DNA of 64,000 nucleotides from assembly GCA_963575745.1 (NCBI GenBank), contig CAUYUJ010000057.1:1-64000 (forward strand), written 5' to 3'. Below, piece after piece: positions 39,574 through 52,903 of this stretch; the first letter of the stretch is position 1, and each line of letters opens with the position of its first letter. Both the position numbers and the translations under genes were made by a program. Under the pieces are notes generated by a model. It did not search any database, had not been told where the DNA came from, and saw only the letters and a list, made by a program, of their open reading frames with translations. This stretch comes from Prorocentrum cordatum. Taxonomy: Eukaryota.

Positions 39574-39609
<36 letters not shown>

Positions 39610-39640
39610 GACTACTACTACTACTACTACTACTACTACG

Positions 39641-39684
<44 letters not shown>

Positions 39685-39841
39685 GACTACTACTACTACT
39701 ACTACTACTACTAATACGACTACTACTACTACTACTACTACGACTACTACCACTACCACTACCACTACCACTACCACGGCTACGACTATTACGACTACTA
39801 CTACTATTACTTCTACTACTACTACTACTACTACTACTACA

Positions 39842-39875
<34 letters not shown>

Positions 39876-39955
39876 GTACTCATCCGAGTACTAGCACTAG
39901 TACCACCATTACTACTACTACGACTGCTACTACTACTACTACTACTACTACTACG

Positions 39956-39992
<37 letters not shown>

Positions 39993-40287
39993 GTACTACG
40001 ACTACTACTACTACGGCAACTACTACTACTACTACTACAACGACGACTACGACTACGACTACGACTACTACTATGATTACTACTACTACTACTACGGCTG
40101 CCACTACTACCACTACTGCTACTATTACTATTACTACTACGACCACGACCACTAGTACTACAACTACTACTACCGCCAATAGTACTACTACTACTACTAC
40201 TACTACTGCTACTACTGACTATTCACTACTACCAGAAACTACTACTAGCACCACTACTACGACGACGACTACTACTACTACTACTAG

Positions 40288-40325
<38 letters not shown>

Positions 40326-40351
40326 GTACTAGTACTACTACTACTACTACT

Positions 40352-40386
<35 letters not shown>

Positions 40387-40387
40387 A

Positions 40388-40422
<35 letters not shown>

Positions 40423-40486
40423 GACTACTACTACTATTACCACTCAAACAACAACTACTACTATTACGACCACCACTACTACTACG

Positions 40487-40535
<49 letters not shown>

Positions 40536-40625
40536 GTACTACTACTTCTGCTACTATTACTACTACTACTACTACTACTACTACTGCTACTACTACTATT
40601 ACTACTACTACTACTAGTACTACTT
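38490..40625 (+). repeat. (CACCAAA/CACCAGA)n followed by ~1.7 kb of degenerate (TAC)n
   Basis: Direct inspection. Confidence 0.95.
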
Positions 40626-43528
40626 CTCCCTAGTACTGACTACAAACCACGAGCTATTCACTACGGCCTAAAACCTACGAGCTACAATCTACGTACTACA
40701 TGCAACTAGCTACTAAGAACAGACTGTTACTTACGTTCGGACCACCATTCATTTCTAAATACCAGCTACTACGTACTATCTACTAACTCCTAACTACGAG
40801 CTGCTAGCTACTACCAACTTGGTCGCCACATGTAGTTTCGTAATATTACCTAGAGGATTTCCTTCTCCGGGCAAGAGAAGCCAGACTGACGGGAAATCTA
40901 AAGTCAGTTTTGACAGAAGTGTGAGGAGCCTCGGTAAGGTCTCACCCAGAGAACTAACCCTTTCCGAAGGATCCCAAAGAATCTACAAGGATTCTGTAGT
41001 ACACCCGGAGAACGAACCCTTTTCCCAGAGAGCGAACCCTTGTCCTGGAGAGAGAACACCTCGCGATCCCTACTTCCCCCAACATGAAGCACTTGCAACG
41101 CTTAGACAAATGAACGGCGGCTCCATTCGAAGACGTTGTTCTCACAAAACACTGCCCTGAACTGTGCGGTCATACTATATGTATGGAGAGATTGAGGGCG
41201 GTGCATGTTCATTAAGACGCTCTCGCCAAAATTGCAAGCCCATTGGGGCACTCCCCGCACTGGAAGGGAATGCTCGCGGGGACTCTTGAGAAGGGAGCTG
41301 GGGATCGGAGAGTACACAGACGAAAATCTGATCAAGCAGCTACAAGAAACTGTTCCTTTAGCTGTCCAGAAATATCTCGGAACAGACTTGGGCCAATTTC
41401 TGACGTCAGCGCTGGAGGGGCGAGCATGCTCAAGAAACCGGGCCACCTTTCTGGCAAGCTGGTTCGGAGACGATGGCCAAACTTTTCGGGATGAGGTTTC
41501 TTAATCAGATGCCCAACTGTACTGCAGCATCGCTGGCGCATCTCCCAGATTTACTCTGGACCTCTCGGAGATCTACCGACCCGGGTCGATCCAGACCCGG
41601 GTCAGTCGGGCTCTGCAGGCTCCTGCAGGATCCTGCAGGATCCTGCGGGATCCTGCGCCAAAGCACGGATCAGTGCAACCCGGGCTATGCAGGATCTTGC
41701 ATCAGGTCGCGCCTGTCCCCCTACAGGGGCATCTTGGACGAACAGTAGAACATACGCAACACATATCCCACCGATGCCCAGAAGTACTCAAACAAAAATG
41801 ACTGCGTTTGAATTTTCCCCCTGTTAGAGGGACGGGCCCGACTTAAAATCTGGCAGGATCCGGCGCGTTGACCCCCCCGTCTCTGGAGAGACCCCGGCCT
41901 CCCTCCTGCTGCTGGGGCGGCGCGCACAGGGCGCTCTCGCCAGAGTGACGGGCCCTTTTGGGGCGCCTCTCGCACGTTTTTAAACGTTGTTTTATGTTTA
42001 TGTTGTTGTTTTCTCTATGTTGTTCGCTTTTTGTGTTTGTTTTGCTGTTTTCTCCATGTTGTTTGTTTTTATGTTTGTTTTGTTGTTTCCTCTAGTTTGT
42101 TTGTTTCTATGTTTGTGTTGCTGTTTTCTCTATATTGTGTTTGTTGTCCTATGTTTGTTTGGGGGGGGCGCCTCTCGCAGTGAGAAGGAATGCGCGCGGG
42201 GACTTTCGAGCAGGGGGCCTGGGATCGGAGAGTTTACACTGCACATCGCTGGCGCGTCCCAGACTTGCTCTGGACCTCCCTCCTCCTACCGATGCTGGCG
42301 CGCACGAGGTGGTGGCGCGGTCCACCCCGTGCCCCGCGCGGCGCGGCTGGCGCGCGCGCTGACGCCGAGAAGGGAACGTAAGGGGCCGCTCCCACGGGCA
42401 TTAGCCCCGGCCCCATCGGGGCGGAGCGTGCGAAGAGGCCGAGCCCTCGCAGGCACAGCCAATATAGGGACGCAAGGCGGAGCTGGGGCGAGGATGACAT
42501 CGGGCACGGACCAGTCGAGAAGCTCCGAGGTCCGGCGGCGCCGGAGGATGGTCTCGGGCCCGGTGGGAAAAGGAGGCAAAGGAAGAGGAGGAGGAGGAGG
42601 AGGAGGAGCAGGAGGAGCAGAAGGAGGAGTAGAGGCAGGAGCAGGAGGAGGAGGAGGAGGAGGAGGAGGAGGAGGAGGAGGAGGAGGAGGAGGAGGGGGA
42701 GGACGGAACGCTCTGAGAGCGTTCCGGAACGCTCCGGAACGGAATCATCCTCGTCCTGGCCCCGCCCGGTGAAGGGCGCGTGGCCCTGCAGGAAAACATA
42801 GAGGCCTCCCAGATGGGGTCCGAGCAGATGGCGTCGGAGGGTCGCGCCGCATCGCCAACGCATCGCCGATGCATCGGCGATGCATCGGCGTGGGGAAGCA
42901 CGGGCTCCGCATCGAGCCGCATCGTCGATGCATCTGCGATGCGGCGTGATCCTCTGACCCCATCCACTCGGACCACATCTAGGAGGCCTAGAACTTTGTC
43001 GGGCGTGTCCTCCTACAGGAGGATTTGGGAGGAAGTATAAAAATGATTCAAACAAAGATTCAAAACATATCCAAAAATAATCAAAACATCGTCCCCTGAT
43101 TTTGCATTTTGTCCCACTCAGGGCTTGCATATGTAAGGGGTCCTGGCGAATTCATCTGGTTAGGTGAGGTGCATCGGCGATTTCGGGGGTGCCCGTAGGT
43201 GCCCGGGGGTGCCCGGAGGTGCCCGGGGGTGCCCGGGTGCTCTTGCCCTATAGCCCTATAGCCTATAGCTCGAATAGCCCTATAGCCCCATCGCCTTATA
43301 GCCCTATAGCCCCATAGCCCCATAGCCTTGCAGCCCTACGGCCCTCTAGCCCCGTAGCCCCTCAGCCTATATAGCACCCCAAGAGATTGCGCTTGGGCTT
43401 CTCCCTGGCATGATGGCGTTCTCCTCCTGTGGAGGGACACGCCCGACTCGGGCCGAAAAAAAAGCCGAGAGCATCGACGGCCGGTGTCGTCTGGGTGCTG
43501 GGCGCCGGCTCGGCCGAGCCCGCCCGCG

Positions 43529-43660
43529 TCACCTCGGGGCGCCGCTGCCCGGCCGGCCGGCGGAGGGCGCGCCGGGCCCCTGGGAGTACCAGCTCTCGAA
43601 GCGGTTGGCGTCGCTGCTGCCGTCCTGCGCGAAGTACTTGATGCAGAAGACCACGAACTC
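43529..43660 (-). CDS. EF-hand protein terminal exon 7 (EFVVFCIKYFAQDGSSDANRFESWYSQG...PR*)
   Basis: ag|GAG acceptor; completes the EF-hand exit helix DFE-EFVVF; TGA at 43529-43531. Confidence 0.85.
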   Translation of the reverse strand, partial: EFVVFCIKYFAQDGSSDANRFESWYSQGPGAPSAGRPGSGAPR

Positions 43661-45391
43661 CTCAAGGGGGGGAAGAGGGGGGCTCGTCCTCCCTCAGCCT
43701 CCCTCCCTCCTCCCTCCTCCCTCCTCCCTCGTCCTCTTCCTCCTCCTCCTCCTCGCTCCTCCTCGCTCCTCCCGCCTCCTCCTCCTCCTCCTCGCTCCTC
43801 CTTCTCCTCCTCCTCCTCCTCCTCCTCCTCTCCTCCTCCTTCTCCTCCTCCTCCTCCTCCTTCCTTCTCTCCTCCTCCTCCTCCTCCTCCTCCCCCTCCT
43901 CCCCCATCCTACCCCCCCTTCCGCACCCTCCTCCTGCTCGAGTCTTTGCATGAGCTCTGCATAGATCAATCGCGGGGCGTCTGCCCCCTGTAGGCCCACC
44001 AGACACCCCGTTTAGGCTGAGCAGCAACCCAAAATACGCCCTCACATAGCCGATGCATTGACCTATGGTAGGTCTACAGCGCAGGCCGTTCCACAAGAAA
44101 ACTTTCACAACACAAGAAACCCAACCCTGAGACCCCAGGACGTCCATCGGTGTTTGGTGTGGGAGCGTCACGCTTTCCATTGCAAAACCATCGAAACCCA
44201 AGACACCCAGGGCACCCTGGAGGCAAGCAGGGTATCTCTTGGCATGGGTCTCCACTGTACGCGCAGGCTGTGCGTGGGCCGATCGCGGGCCGCTGGCTGC
44301 CTGTAGGCCCACCAGAGGCCCACCACAGGCCTACGTAGCGTACGCGTAGACCCAGGGCTGGCTCCGTGCACAGCCCGCGCACACACCAATGGCGGGCCGC
44401 CGGCACCCTGCCGGCCCACAGGATCCCCACCCAAGGCCTGTACAGAGCCTATGCGTAGGCCAACGGTTAGTCGATGCGTAGGCCGTGCACGCGCTGATCG
44501 CGGAGCGCTGGCCTCCTGCAGGCCCACCAGAGGTCTACGCACAGCCGATGCACGTGCCTCTGGCAGGCCTATGCGCAGGCCATGCGTAGGTCCGTCGCGG
44601 GGCGTCGGCCCTCTGCAGGCGCACTGGAGTCCCCCCTTTGGCCTGTGCGAGCCTGTGCGTAGGCCTATGGTAGGCCTTCGGTAGGCCTATGCGCAGGCTG
44701 TGCGCAGGTTGATGGCATGCCAGCGCGTAGCCTACGTACAGGCCTATGGTAGGCCTACGCATAGGCTGCGCACAGGTCAAGAGCAGGCTCTCGGCGACCT
44801 GGAATGCGTATTTCGTAGACCTGTGCGTGAACTACCCGTAAGCATAATATAGACCTGTATATAGGCTGCGCGTAGACCCATGACACGCCTGTGAGAAGGG
44901 TAGTAGGCATACCTCGGCCGACTGTAGTTCTAGGCGTGACCTTTGCCCAGTGGGCCTATGTGCAGGCTGCGCATAGGCCTACAGTAGGCCTACGCATAGG
45001 CTATAGTAGGCCGCACGCAGACGATTAGTGGGTTCTGAGAATAAGCCGATCAGTAGGCGATGCACCGCCCTGCAATAGGCCTATAGACGGGCTAGGCATA
45101 GGCCTACAGTAGTAGCTCCACACATAAGCTATCATAGGCACAACGGCGCATGAGCCAGCGGGCCTACGCACTGCCTACCTGCAGGCCTACTAGAGACGAT
45201 AGGCCTACACATCGGCCATGGATGGCCGACCATAGGCCTGTAGGTAGGCTGCGAATCGGCCTAGAGTCGGCCTATAGACAGGCTGTGCATCAGCCGAGTG
45301 GAGCCTATAACACGCTATGCATAGGCTATCGTCGGGATTGTTGATTGGAAGGGGTGGAGGCGGGAGGAAGACCCCCCCCTTCCCCCCGCTC

Positions 45392-46053
45392 CTCGAAATC
45401 AATCTCCCCGCTGCCGTCAATGTCCGCCTGCATCCACATCTGTCTGATCCGGCCGACCGGAAGGCCGATGTGTTTGGGAACCTTGCCGCACTTGTACAGC
45501 ACGTCCCTGAACTCCTCCTCGTCGATATTGCCGCTGCCGTCTGCATCGAAAGAGTCGAAGTGTCTTTTAAAGACGTCAATCTCGTTGGCGGATACGCCCA
45601 GCTTGCGGGCGAGCTTGCGCAGCTTCTGCTCCTTCGCGTCCAAGTGGAAGTCCTCAACAAAACAATGGCTGCTGTACCAGATGGCGAATTCGCGGAAATT
45701 CAAGGATCCGTTTTCAACTTTGTTCGAGAACTTTAGGGCGCGAGCTATAAAAACCTTCTCCTCATCAGCATCCCACGAAGCAGTATCGTTGCCGAGCATA
45801 TCCCTCAAGAGGGGCCCGAGGTTCTTCTGGGTAAGGTAGCCCTCCCTCAGCAGGCTGCCGTCCCGTGGTACCGTCGCGTGCGTCTTGAACAGGCCGTAGG
45901 CAATCCGCATGCCGTCCACTGGAATGGCCATCTCCCTCGCATACTTGAAGATCTCGACCACGGGGTCGAGCTCCCTCTGCTCCAGGACCGGCGTCGAGGG
46001 CTTCGGCACCGGCGGCATGGTCTCCCCGCGCTTCGGGGGGCGGTCGAGGAGAC
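45392..46053 (-). CDS. EF-hand protein exon 6: calmodulin/centrin-like Ca-binding domain
   Basis: Canonical loops DADGSGNIDEEE and DIDGSGEIDFE(E), degenerate loops NKVENGSLNFREF and EGYLTQKNL; cag|G acceptor, GAG|ga donor. Confidence 0.92.
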
Positions 46054-46075
46054 CTGCTGGGGAAACCAAGAGGTA

Positions 46076-46251
46076 CCGTCGGGGCGTTGACCTAAGGAAC
46101 TCTAAATAAGGAACGAGGCCCCTTTCTCCCACAAATTGAACTTCGATTTCCCATGGAAAAACTTAGGAAAACCTGAGACAAACTGCAGAACAATCAAGGA
46201 ACACCGAGCCCATCCCCAACGAAAAGGGTTCCTTCTTCAGGGCCCCGACTG
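46076..46251. mobile_element. Tc1/mariner-like MITE with TA TSD in EF-hand intron 5
   Basis: TA-ccgtcggggc...gccccgactg-TA; it interrupts a repeat that is seen uninterrupted at 60057-60190. Confidence 0.6.
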
Positions 46252-47079
46252 TAATTACCGACGCCGCACCCCTCCCGGACCTCTGAGGGGGGTGCGTTCC
46301 GACCAGAGTCTCGAAAGGAATCTGGTCGTGGCGACGAGGGCCTTCCGCGAGGCCCAGGAGGGCGAACACGAGGGGCACTTGTGGCGGCGGTATCGTTAGC
46401 TCGGGCATGTCCTCCTGCAGGCGGGCTGCAGAGGAAAAACAAAAAGTGGTTGGCAAGATACTCAGATATAGCCAAACATTCATGAAGCATCGTCCCCAGA
46501 CTATCTTTTACTACTCTGGAATTTTGGGCGCCCGAAATGAATACGGAAAAAAAGGCACAATGCCCAACAACAAATGTTGTCCCAAACCAACAGCGGTCGC
46601 TGGTGGGCAGGCGGCCGTCTGTCTCAAATGGAGACAGGCCGCGGCGGCGCGGACAGCGAGTCCTGTTCAAAATGAACAGAAACTGCTGCTGGACATTGTA
46701 CCCATTCTTTCTGTACCCATATCGTGCGTGCCGAGGAATGATTTTTTTCTCCCCCATCGTCAACGCTCTCCTGCTCACGATCCTACAAATGTTTTCAAAT
46801 GGGGCTGGGGCCCCTTGCCCAGACCAGCTCGCATTGAAACCGAGACGTGCTACGTACAGCGACACGCGTGGAAAGAAGCAGCAAGGGCAGGGAGCGGGGA
46901 GCAGGCAGCAGAGGGGGAACGAGGAAGAACAGCGCCGAATGCACCGGACCTCTTCTGCGCCGAGGAACATTGCTTCTGCAGAGGGAACTGCCCGGCTTGA
47001 CGGTATCGGTCGGTACCTTCTCCGCCTCAAGACAGCGGTCGGTCGGTCGGCCGGTCGGCGGCAGCGGTCGGCCGCAGAC

Positions 47080-47281
47080 CTGCGGGGATGTCCAGGCCCC
47101 CCGCGGCGGGCGCGGAGCCTGCGGAGCCGTCTGCCATCACCGGCGCCGCGGAGCCCGGGCGGATCGAGGCGCGGGGGCCGCCCGCCGAGACCGAGAAGAC
47201 GGAGCTGCGGAGCTGGGGGCGGCAGGGCACCGGCATGGACAGGCTCTTCGCGGCGGCCGACGCCTCTGGGGACGTGGGCTC
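47080..47281 (-). CDS. EF-hand protein exon 5 (EPTSPEASAAAK...LDIPA)
   Basis: ag|GAG acceptor, CAG|gt donor in phase 1; junction repeat gcag|gtct shared with the next acceptor. Confidence 0.65.
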
Positions 47282-47285
47282 CTCT

Positions 47286-47465
47286 GATGGGCCTGCTTTC
47301 CACCACCACCACCACAAGTTGGAGGGGGGAGGGAGGTGGAGGAGGAGGAGGATGGGGAGGAGGAGGAGGAGGAGGAGGAGGAGGAGGAAGAGGAGGAGGA
47401 GGAGGAGGAGGAGGACCCCCTCCCACTCCAACGTATGGTGGTGGTGGTGGAAAACAGGCCCATCA
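47286..47465. mobile_element. Palindromic element abutting the exon 5 acceptor
   Basis: gatgggcctgctttccaccaccaccaccacaagttggag mirrored by ctccaacgtatggtggtggtggtggaaaacaggcccatc. Confidence 0.75.
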
Positions 47466-47789
47466 TCCCCTTCGGGGTACAGGAAACGCCATCGACATGG
47501 ATTAAATTCTCGGAGGTCCGCGCGGATGTCTTGGGTCGGCGCTGGAATCCCCCCGTCCTCCTCCGCCTCCCCCTCCCCTCCCCCTCCTCCTCCTCCTCCT
47601 CCTCCTCCTCCTCCTCCTCCTCCTCCTCCTCCTCCTCCTCCTCCTCCTCCTCGTCCCCCTCCCTGGCGCGCGGAGCGAGCCCGGAGCGGCGCCAGGAGGC
47701 GCCGCCTCAAGGGGCCAGCGCCGATCCAAGAGAAACCCGCGCGGACCTCCGAGACAGTACGCTGCCGGCGTGTTCTGTGCTTCGGGCTC

Positions 47790-47837
47790 CGCGTCGTCGC
47801 CCTCGTGGGACTTCGGCTTCCCAGAGTACGTCGGCTC
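47790..47837 (-). CDS. EF-hand protein exon 4 (EPTYSGKPKSHEGDDA)
   Basis: cag|GAG acceptor; GA donor whose first bases GAGCCC repeat the start of the next exon. Confidence 0.5.
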
Positions 47838-48005
47838 CTGGGGCGTCGATTACGTAATGGATGGTGGGGCGATGCATGGGATGGAGAGGAAGGTGCACTT
47901 TTCGGGCCCGGAAGGCCCCCATTGGGGCCCTGAAGAGACCCTTGGGGGGCTCCAAAGTGCATCTTTTCTGCAGCCGACGACGCCGCCGCCGACGACGACG
48001 GCGGC

Positions 48006-48036
<31 letters not shown>

Positions 48037-48071
48037 GCGACGCCGACGACGACGACGACAACGATGACCAT

Positions 48072-48195
<124 letters not shown>

Positions 48196-48215
48196 CCGAC
48201 ACGACGCCCAAGCTC

Positions 48216-48341
48216 CCCGGGGGGCGTCGGCTCCGGGCGGGGGACCCAGCCCGCAGGCCACTCCGCCGGCGTGCCCGCGGTGTGGTGGCGGTCCCTGCGC
48301 CGCCGCGGGGGGCTGGGCGTCGGCTCGAGGCAGGGAGCGGC
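48216..48341 (-). CDS. EF-hand protein exon 3 (AAPCLEPT...EPTPPG)
   Basis: ag|GCC acceptor, GA donor, 42 codons; frame chosen by GC3 bias. Confidence 0.55.
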
Positions 48342-49031
48342 CTCGCGGCGGGGCTTCGACGGCGAGGGTCGAGGGGCACAAAACGGCAGACGTACGGTCG
48401 GGCGGACCTCCTCCTCCTCCTCCTCTTCCTCCTCCTCCTCCTCCTCCTGCTCCTCCTCCTCCTCCTCCTCCTCCTCCTCCTCCTGCTCCTCCTGCTCCTC
48501 CTGCTCCTCCTCCTCCCCTCCCCCTCCCCCCCCTCCTCCTCCCCCTCCTCCCCTCCTCCTCCTCCTCCTCCTCCTCCTCCTCCTCCTCCTCTTCCTCCTC
48601 CTCCTCCTCCTCCTCCTACTCCCCCTCCTCCTCCTCCTCCGAGGTCGTTTCGGAGAGGGTACCCTAATGTTCTTCGTGAATGCTGGATGTTCTGGTGCGT
48701 CCTGGGGGAGGGCACCCTCGAGGAATCTTCCGGTGTATGTCTCAGGGTGTCTTGGCCGTCGCGGGGCCTCATGCTTTGGAAGGATGCTATTCTGCCCCGG
48801 GTCCGACCGCACACACCACCTTTCGGAGCCCCGCGCGGATTCCCTGGATCGGCGCTGGGCCCCCCCGGCGGCGCCTCCGGCGCCGCCCCTTGGCGCGCTC
48901 CGCGCGCCGGAGCGGGGCCCGCCGCAGATCCGAAAAGCCTCCGCGCGGAGCCCCAGAGGTCTGCACGGGCGCCTGCCGCTGTCTGCCCCTCGAGAGGAGG
49001 CGCTGGAGGGCGGCGTCGGCTGCCCCGCCGC

Positions 49032-49157
49032 CAAGGGCGTCGAGAGCGAGGGCATGGACAAGGACCTCCGCCGGCCCCTGCCGTGCGGGGCCCTCGTCAG
49101 GGCCGAGGGCGACTCCACCAGCGCGGGCTTCTGCAGCTCCTGCGCCAGGCGCCACAC
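49032..49157 (-). CDS. EF-hand protein exon 2 (VWRLAQELQKP...STPL); donor uncertain, alternative end at 49002
   Basis: ag|GTG acceptor, high GC3, in-phase GC donors at 49031 or 49001. Confidence 0.55.
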
Positions 49158-49660
49158 CTCTGCACGCCCGGGAGGTGATCGACAGCAGCGGCTGCTCCCG
49201 TGGAGCGAGATCTGCGTCTCTTGTTCGAGGCCCATCATAGAAACGGATCTGGTCATGGTGGCATCGGTGCTCGTCCAGGTGGACAGGAAAAGTGCTGCTA
49301 AAAAAGAGCCAGGATTGCCCTCACAAAATGACTGGGTCAGTCGTCTCCTCTGATGGGCATCGGGGGACAGCAAATCCTGTTCCTAACGCAGGGGCACTGC
49401 TGCTGGGCGTCCTACTCATACTGAAGGGAACGAAAAACGACATAAACAGAAAGACTCGGAGGTCTGCGCGGATTTCTCGGATCCGCGCCGACCCCCCTCC
49501 CTGGCGCGCGGAGCGCGCCAGGCGCGGCGCCGGAGGCGCCGCCAGGGGGTCCAGCGCGGATCCGAGAAATCCGCGCGGACCTCCGAATTTTTATGTTCAT
49601 GTCATCGCTCGTTCTCGAGATCCTTCCCGCCCCCCCCCTTTGTCTGGGCGCGCAGAGCAC

Positions 49661-49900
49661 CTCCTCTGACGCGGCAGCTTGCCGCAGCTGAGGCTGGCCC
49701 ATCGGGCTGCGCGGCTCGCCGGGCCGCGGCCGCTGCGCGGCCGCCGCGGCTGCGAGGAGCCGGCTGGAGGCGGGGCGCGGGGCGCCGAGGCCCGCGGCGG
49801 CGAGCGGCGAGGTGCGCTGGAGGTCCGCGTGCCTCGGGGCGGCGGGCTTGTCCTGCCGGAAGCGGTCGCGGAGCCGCAGGTCCGTGCGGCTGTCGTACAT
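49661..49900 (-). CDS. EF-hand protein exon 1 (MYDSRTDLRLRDRF...ASEE); an in-frame upstream ATG near 50207 is possible
   Basis: gccgcgATG start, nearly all codons end in G/C, GAG|gt donor in phase 0. Confidence 0.65.
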
Positions 49901-52900
49901 CGCGGCGGGGCGGCGGGCGTGGTCGCGGGGCGGCCCGGCGGCGCCACAACGGGGCGTCGAGCGCGGGCTGCCCTCGGCGCTGCAGCAGCAGCGCCCGCGC
50001 GCGGGGCCCCGCTGGCCGCGGGGGGGGGGGCCGTGGGTCGGGGCTGGAGGCGCAGAGGTCGGGGTCCCGGGCCGCGGTCCCGAGCCAGAGCGGTCGCGGG
50101 CCCTTCTTCGCCTGCTCCTGCGAGCACTGTCCTCCCCTCGAGGCCGCCCTGTCCACTGCTGCGCTCCCGCCTCGTCTCTCAGCATCTGTGCCTTCCCGCT
50201 GGGCATGACGCTCTCGCTTCGTGCTGCCTGTGCTGCTGCCGTCCCGTAAAAGTTATGATTCGTTTCTTTCTTGCCCAGAGGGTGCACGCACTATAGTGGT
50301 GTCTTACCCGCGCCAAGGCAAAGCCATTGCTCGGCGCACTTGTGCGTGGTGGTCGATCGGAGTCCCGTCGGGTCCCACGCGCGGGGTCCCGCCCACCGGG
50401 GTCGATCCATCGGGTCCCACTAGTGTGCTCCCACCCACAGGGTCCGCCCCATAGGTTCCACGAGCAGTGGGTGCCACCGCAGAGGATGCCGCCCAGAATC
50501 CCTTCGCACGCACATGGAGCGCCAGGGTGGAGGAGGAGGAGGAGGAGGAGGGGGAGGGCGGAGAAGGAAGAGGGCGGAGGAGGAGGAGGGCGGAGGAGGA
50601 GGAGGGCGGAGGAGGAGGGGGAGGGCGGAGGAGGAGGAGGGCGGAGGAGGAGGAGGAGGGTGGAAGAGGAGGAGGGCCCAACAGGGCCCACCCATGGAGA
50701 CCACCCACAAGTTCCCCGCAGAGGCCGCAGACCAGGGTGCCCTTCGTGATCCGAACTTGGAATACGCCGCCCTGCTGAGGCCGGACTTACCGGTCGCCCT
50801 CCGCGCCCTTGTTGCTAGTAGCTAGTCTGCACGATCGCGCGCGCTGACTACCAAGCAAGAGCATGCCAGCCAGTCCCGAGCTCGTACCGCCCTCCCCCTC
50901 CCCTCATTCCTGTCAGGCAATAGCATGTGGCGCACGTGCGTTGATCTACGAAACATGCTGCGTAACAAGGTCTTGAAAACAATGCGGTGCGGGGCACATG
51001 CGCGGGCCGACGCGCGCGAATACCAAAGCGTAACAGCGAAGCGATGGTTAACCATGTTAAAGAACAACTATTCTAAAAACACCAGAAACCACTGCTTCTT
51101 CAACACGAATGCACGAACCGTGTGTGTGTGTGTTCACATCAGCAAAACGACGCTGGTTGTTTGTTTGACATGTCGTGGGCTCTTTTCCCCAACCCTGACA
51201 AGCTCAACCTGTCGGGTGGGGAGAGTGCTACCCCTCCCGTCCTCCCCCTGCCCCTGCTCCCCCTCCTCATCCCACTTCGCATCCTCCTCCTCCCCCTCCT
51301 GCTGCTACACCGCGTCCTCCGCCAACTCCTCTTGCTCTTCCCCTCTTCCTCCTCGGCCTCCTCGTCGTCGTCTTCAGGGTCGGCGGCACTGGCCGTAAGG
51401 CCTTCACGATCTGACAAGCTCAACCTGTCGGGGGGGGAGCGTGCTACATCTTCTCGCTGAGGGGCCTGCGGAGCTGGACGCCACGGAAAGCAGGGCCGCG
51501 CCTTCCAGCGCGCACGCGCACTCCAGGCCCGAGGGGGTTCTGACAAAGAGAGGGAGGAGGCTCCAGCAGCTTCCAGAGCTCCGATCCCCCAGTGAGAAGG
51601 AAGGTTAGGAGGCGACTCCTGGGAAGCTTTGACTTTCGCTGAGAGTGACTGTGATTCACGGTCAAGGGGCCACTGAGCCGTTAAGGAGCCACGAACAGGG
51701 ATATACCAGCACCGATTCTGAATTAAAACTCCCAGGAGCTGCATCCTAAGGTAGGCTGCTGATGAGAGATGATAGGGCAGGGGGGTGGAACTTCCGACCT
51801 CCCTCCCCCTTGGAAACGAACGCCCCAGCTTCAAAAAGCCGGGGGGGGTAGCCTCCGAAAGAGCGGGAGGTACATTGAAATAGGAGCCCCTTTCAGTGCA
51901 CGCCATGGGTTGCACCGCGTGCGCTCCATGTTTCATGGCTTACACCTCGTAATCCATTTGCACCCCATTCTCTGCCCTCCCATAAATCACAACCAGTACA
52001 CTTCACAACACACGCCGCGCCCCATACATTCATGTTCCAACACAAAAAATGGAACTCTACCCCCCGCCCCACGGAGACAAAGGTTATTAGCGCTCCTCCG
52101 CGTTACCTGCACGATTGCTAACCTGAAGCACAAACTAAACGCAAGCAAGCCAGGCCTTTCATCGACAACCCCACCGCTCCCTAGTGTCGAAAAAACACTA
52201 TGAGGCGCACACGCGTAGATCTAATCAACGTTGCCTATGCGAATCATTTGAACAAGACCCGTGCAGGGCACGTGCGCCCGCCGCCGCTCGCACATCTCAA
52301 AATAAAGCAAGAATCAGTGGTTCCGAACTGGTTCCAGCCATAGCTATTCACTTACTGTCACTCACCTGCAGTTTTCCAACAACCAGTTTCCAGATGTCTG
52401 CGCGCGCTTTCGCTCAAACCATCAAACAACAGTGTTTAGCCACTATCTCAAATGAAGCATGCGGGCCCAACGCACCCGCACATGTCGAACGCATTCAACG
52501 ACAATCGCGCGCTGGCCAACTCTGCAAAACGTTTCCATGCGGGCCATACAAGCCGGTCAACGCGCGCGCACGTCGGAGTCCTTCCACAACCATAGAGGTG
52601 CTTTTAAGCATGTCAGCACAGAGGTGTTCAAACACACGCACACACACACACGAGCTCTCAGTGACTTTTCAATCTGCATGCGTCGAACATCAGGGCTTCT
52701 GCGAACGCAGAAGTGCTCATCGTCCTGATTATCACAGGCGTTATCAACACCAGCGTCGTCATTGTCATCGTCATCCTCATCATCACCATCGTCGTCGACA
52801 TCATCACCACCGTTGCCATGATCGCTATCGTCGGCATCGCCACCCTCGTCAAACTTCAGCGCACGCGCGCTTCCAAAACAACCCCACCAGCACCATCGCC

Positions 52901-52903
52901 ACC

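Noticed and set aside
38416..40633. Mucin-like and poly-Tyr/Leu ORFs
   Set aside because: Translations of (CACCAAA)n and (TAC)n repeats
41205..41504. 99-aa ORF
   Set aside because: Mostly spans a small insertion with inverted ends (about 41317-41519) whose empty site appears near 42230
46379..46414. 36-nt in-phase exon of the EF-hand gene
   Set aside because: It overlaps the TIR of MITE family B; exons 5 and 6 join directly in phase with a gcag|gtct junction repeat
47747..47789. Longer exon 4 ending at a GT donor at 47746
   Set aside because: It requires a lower-GC3 frame and runs into a MITE family A TIR
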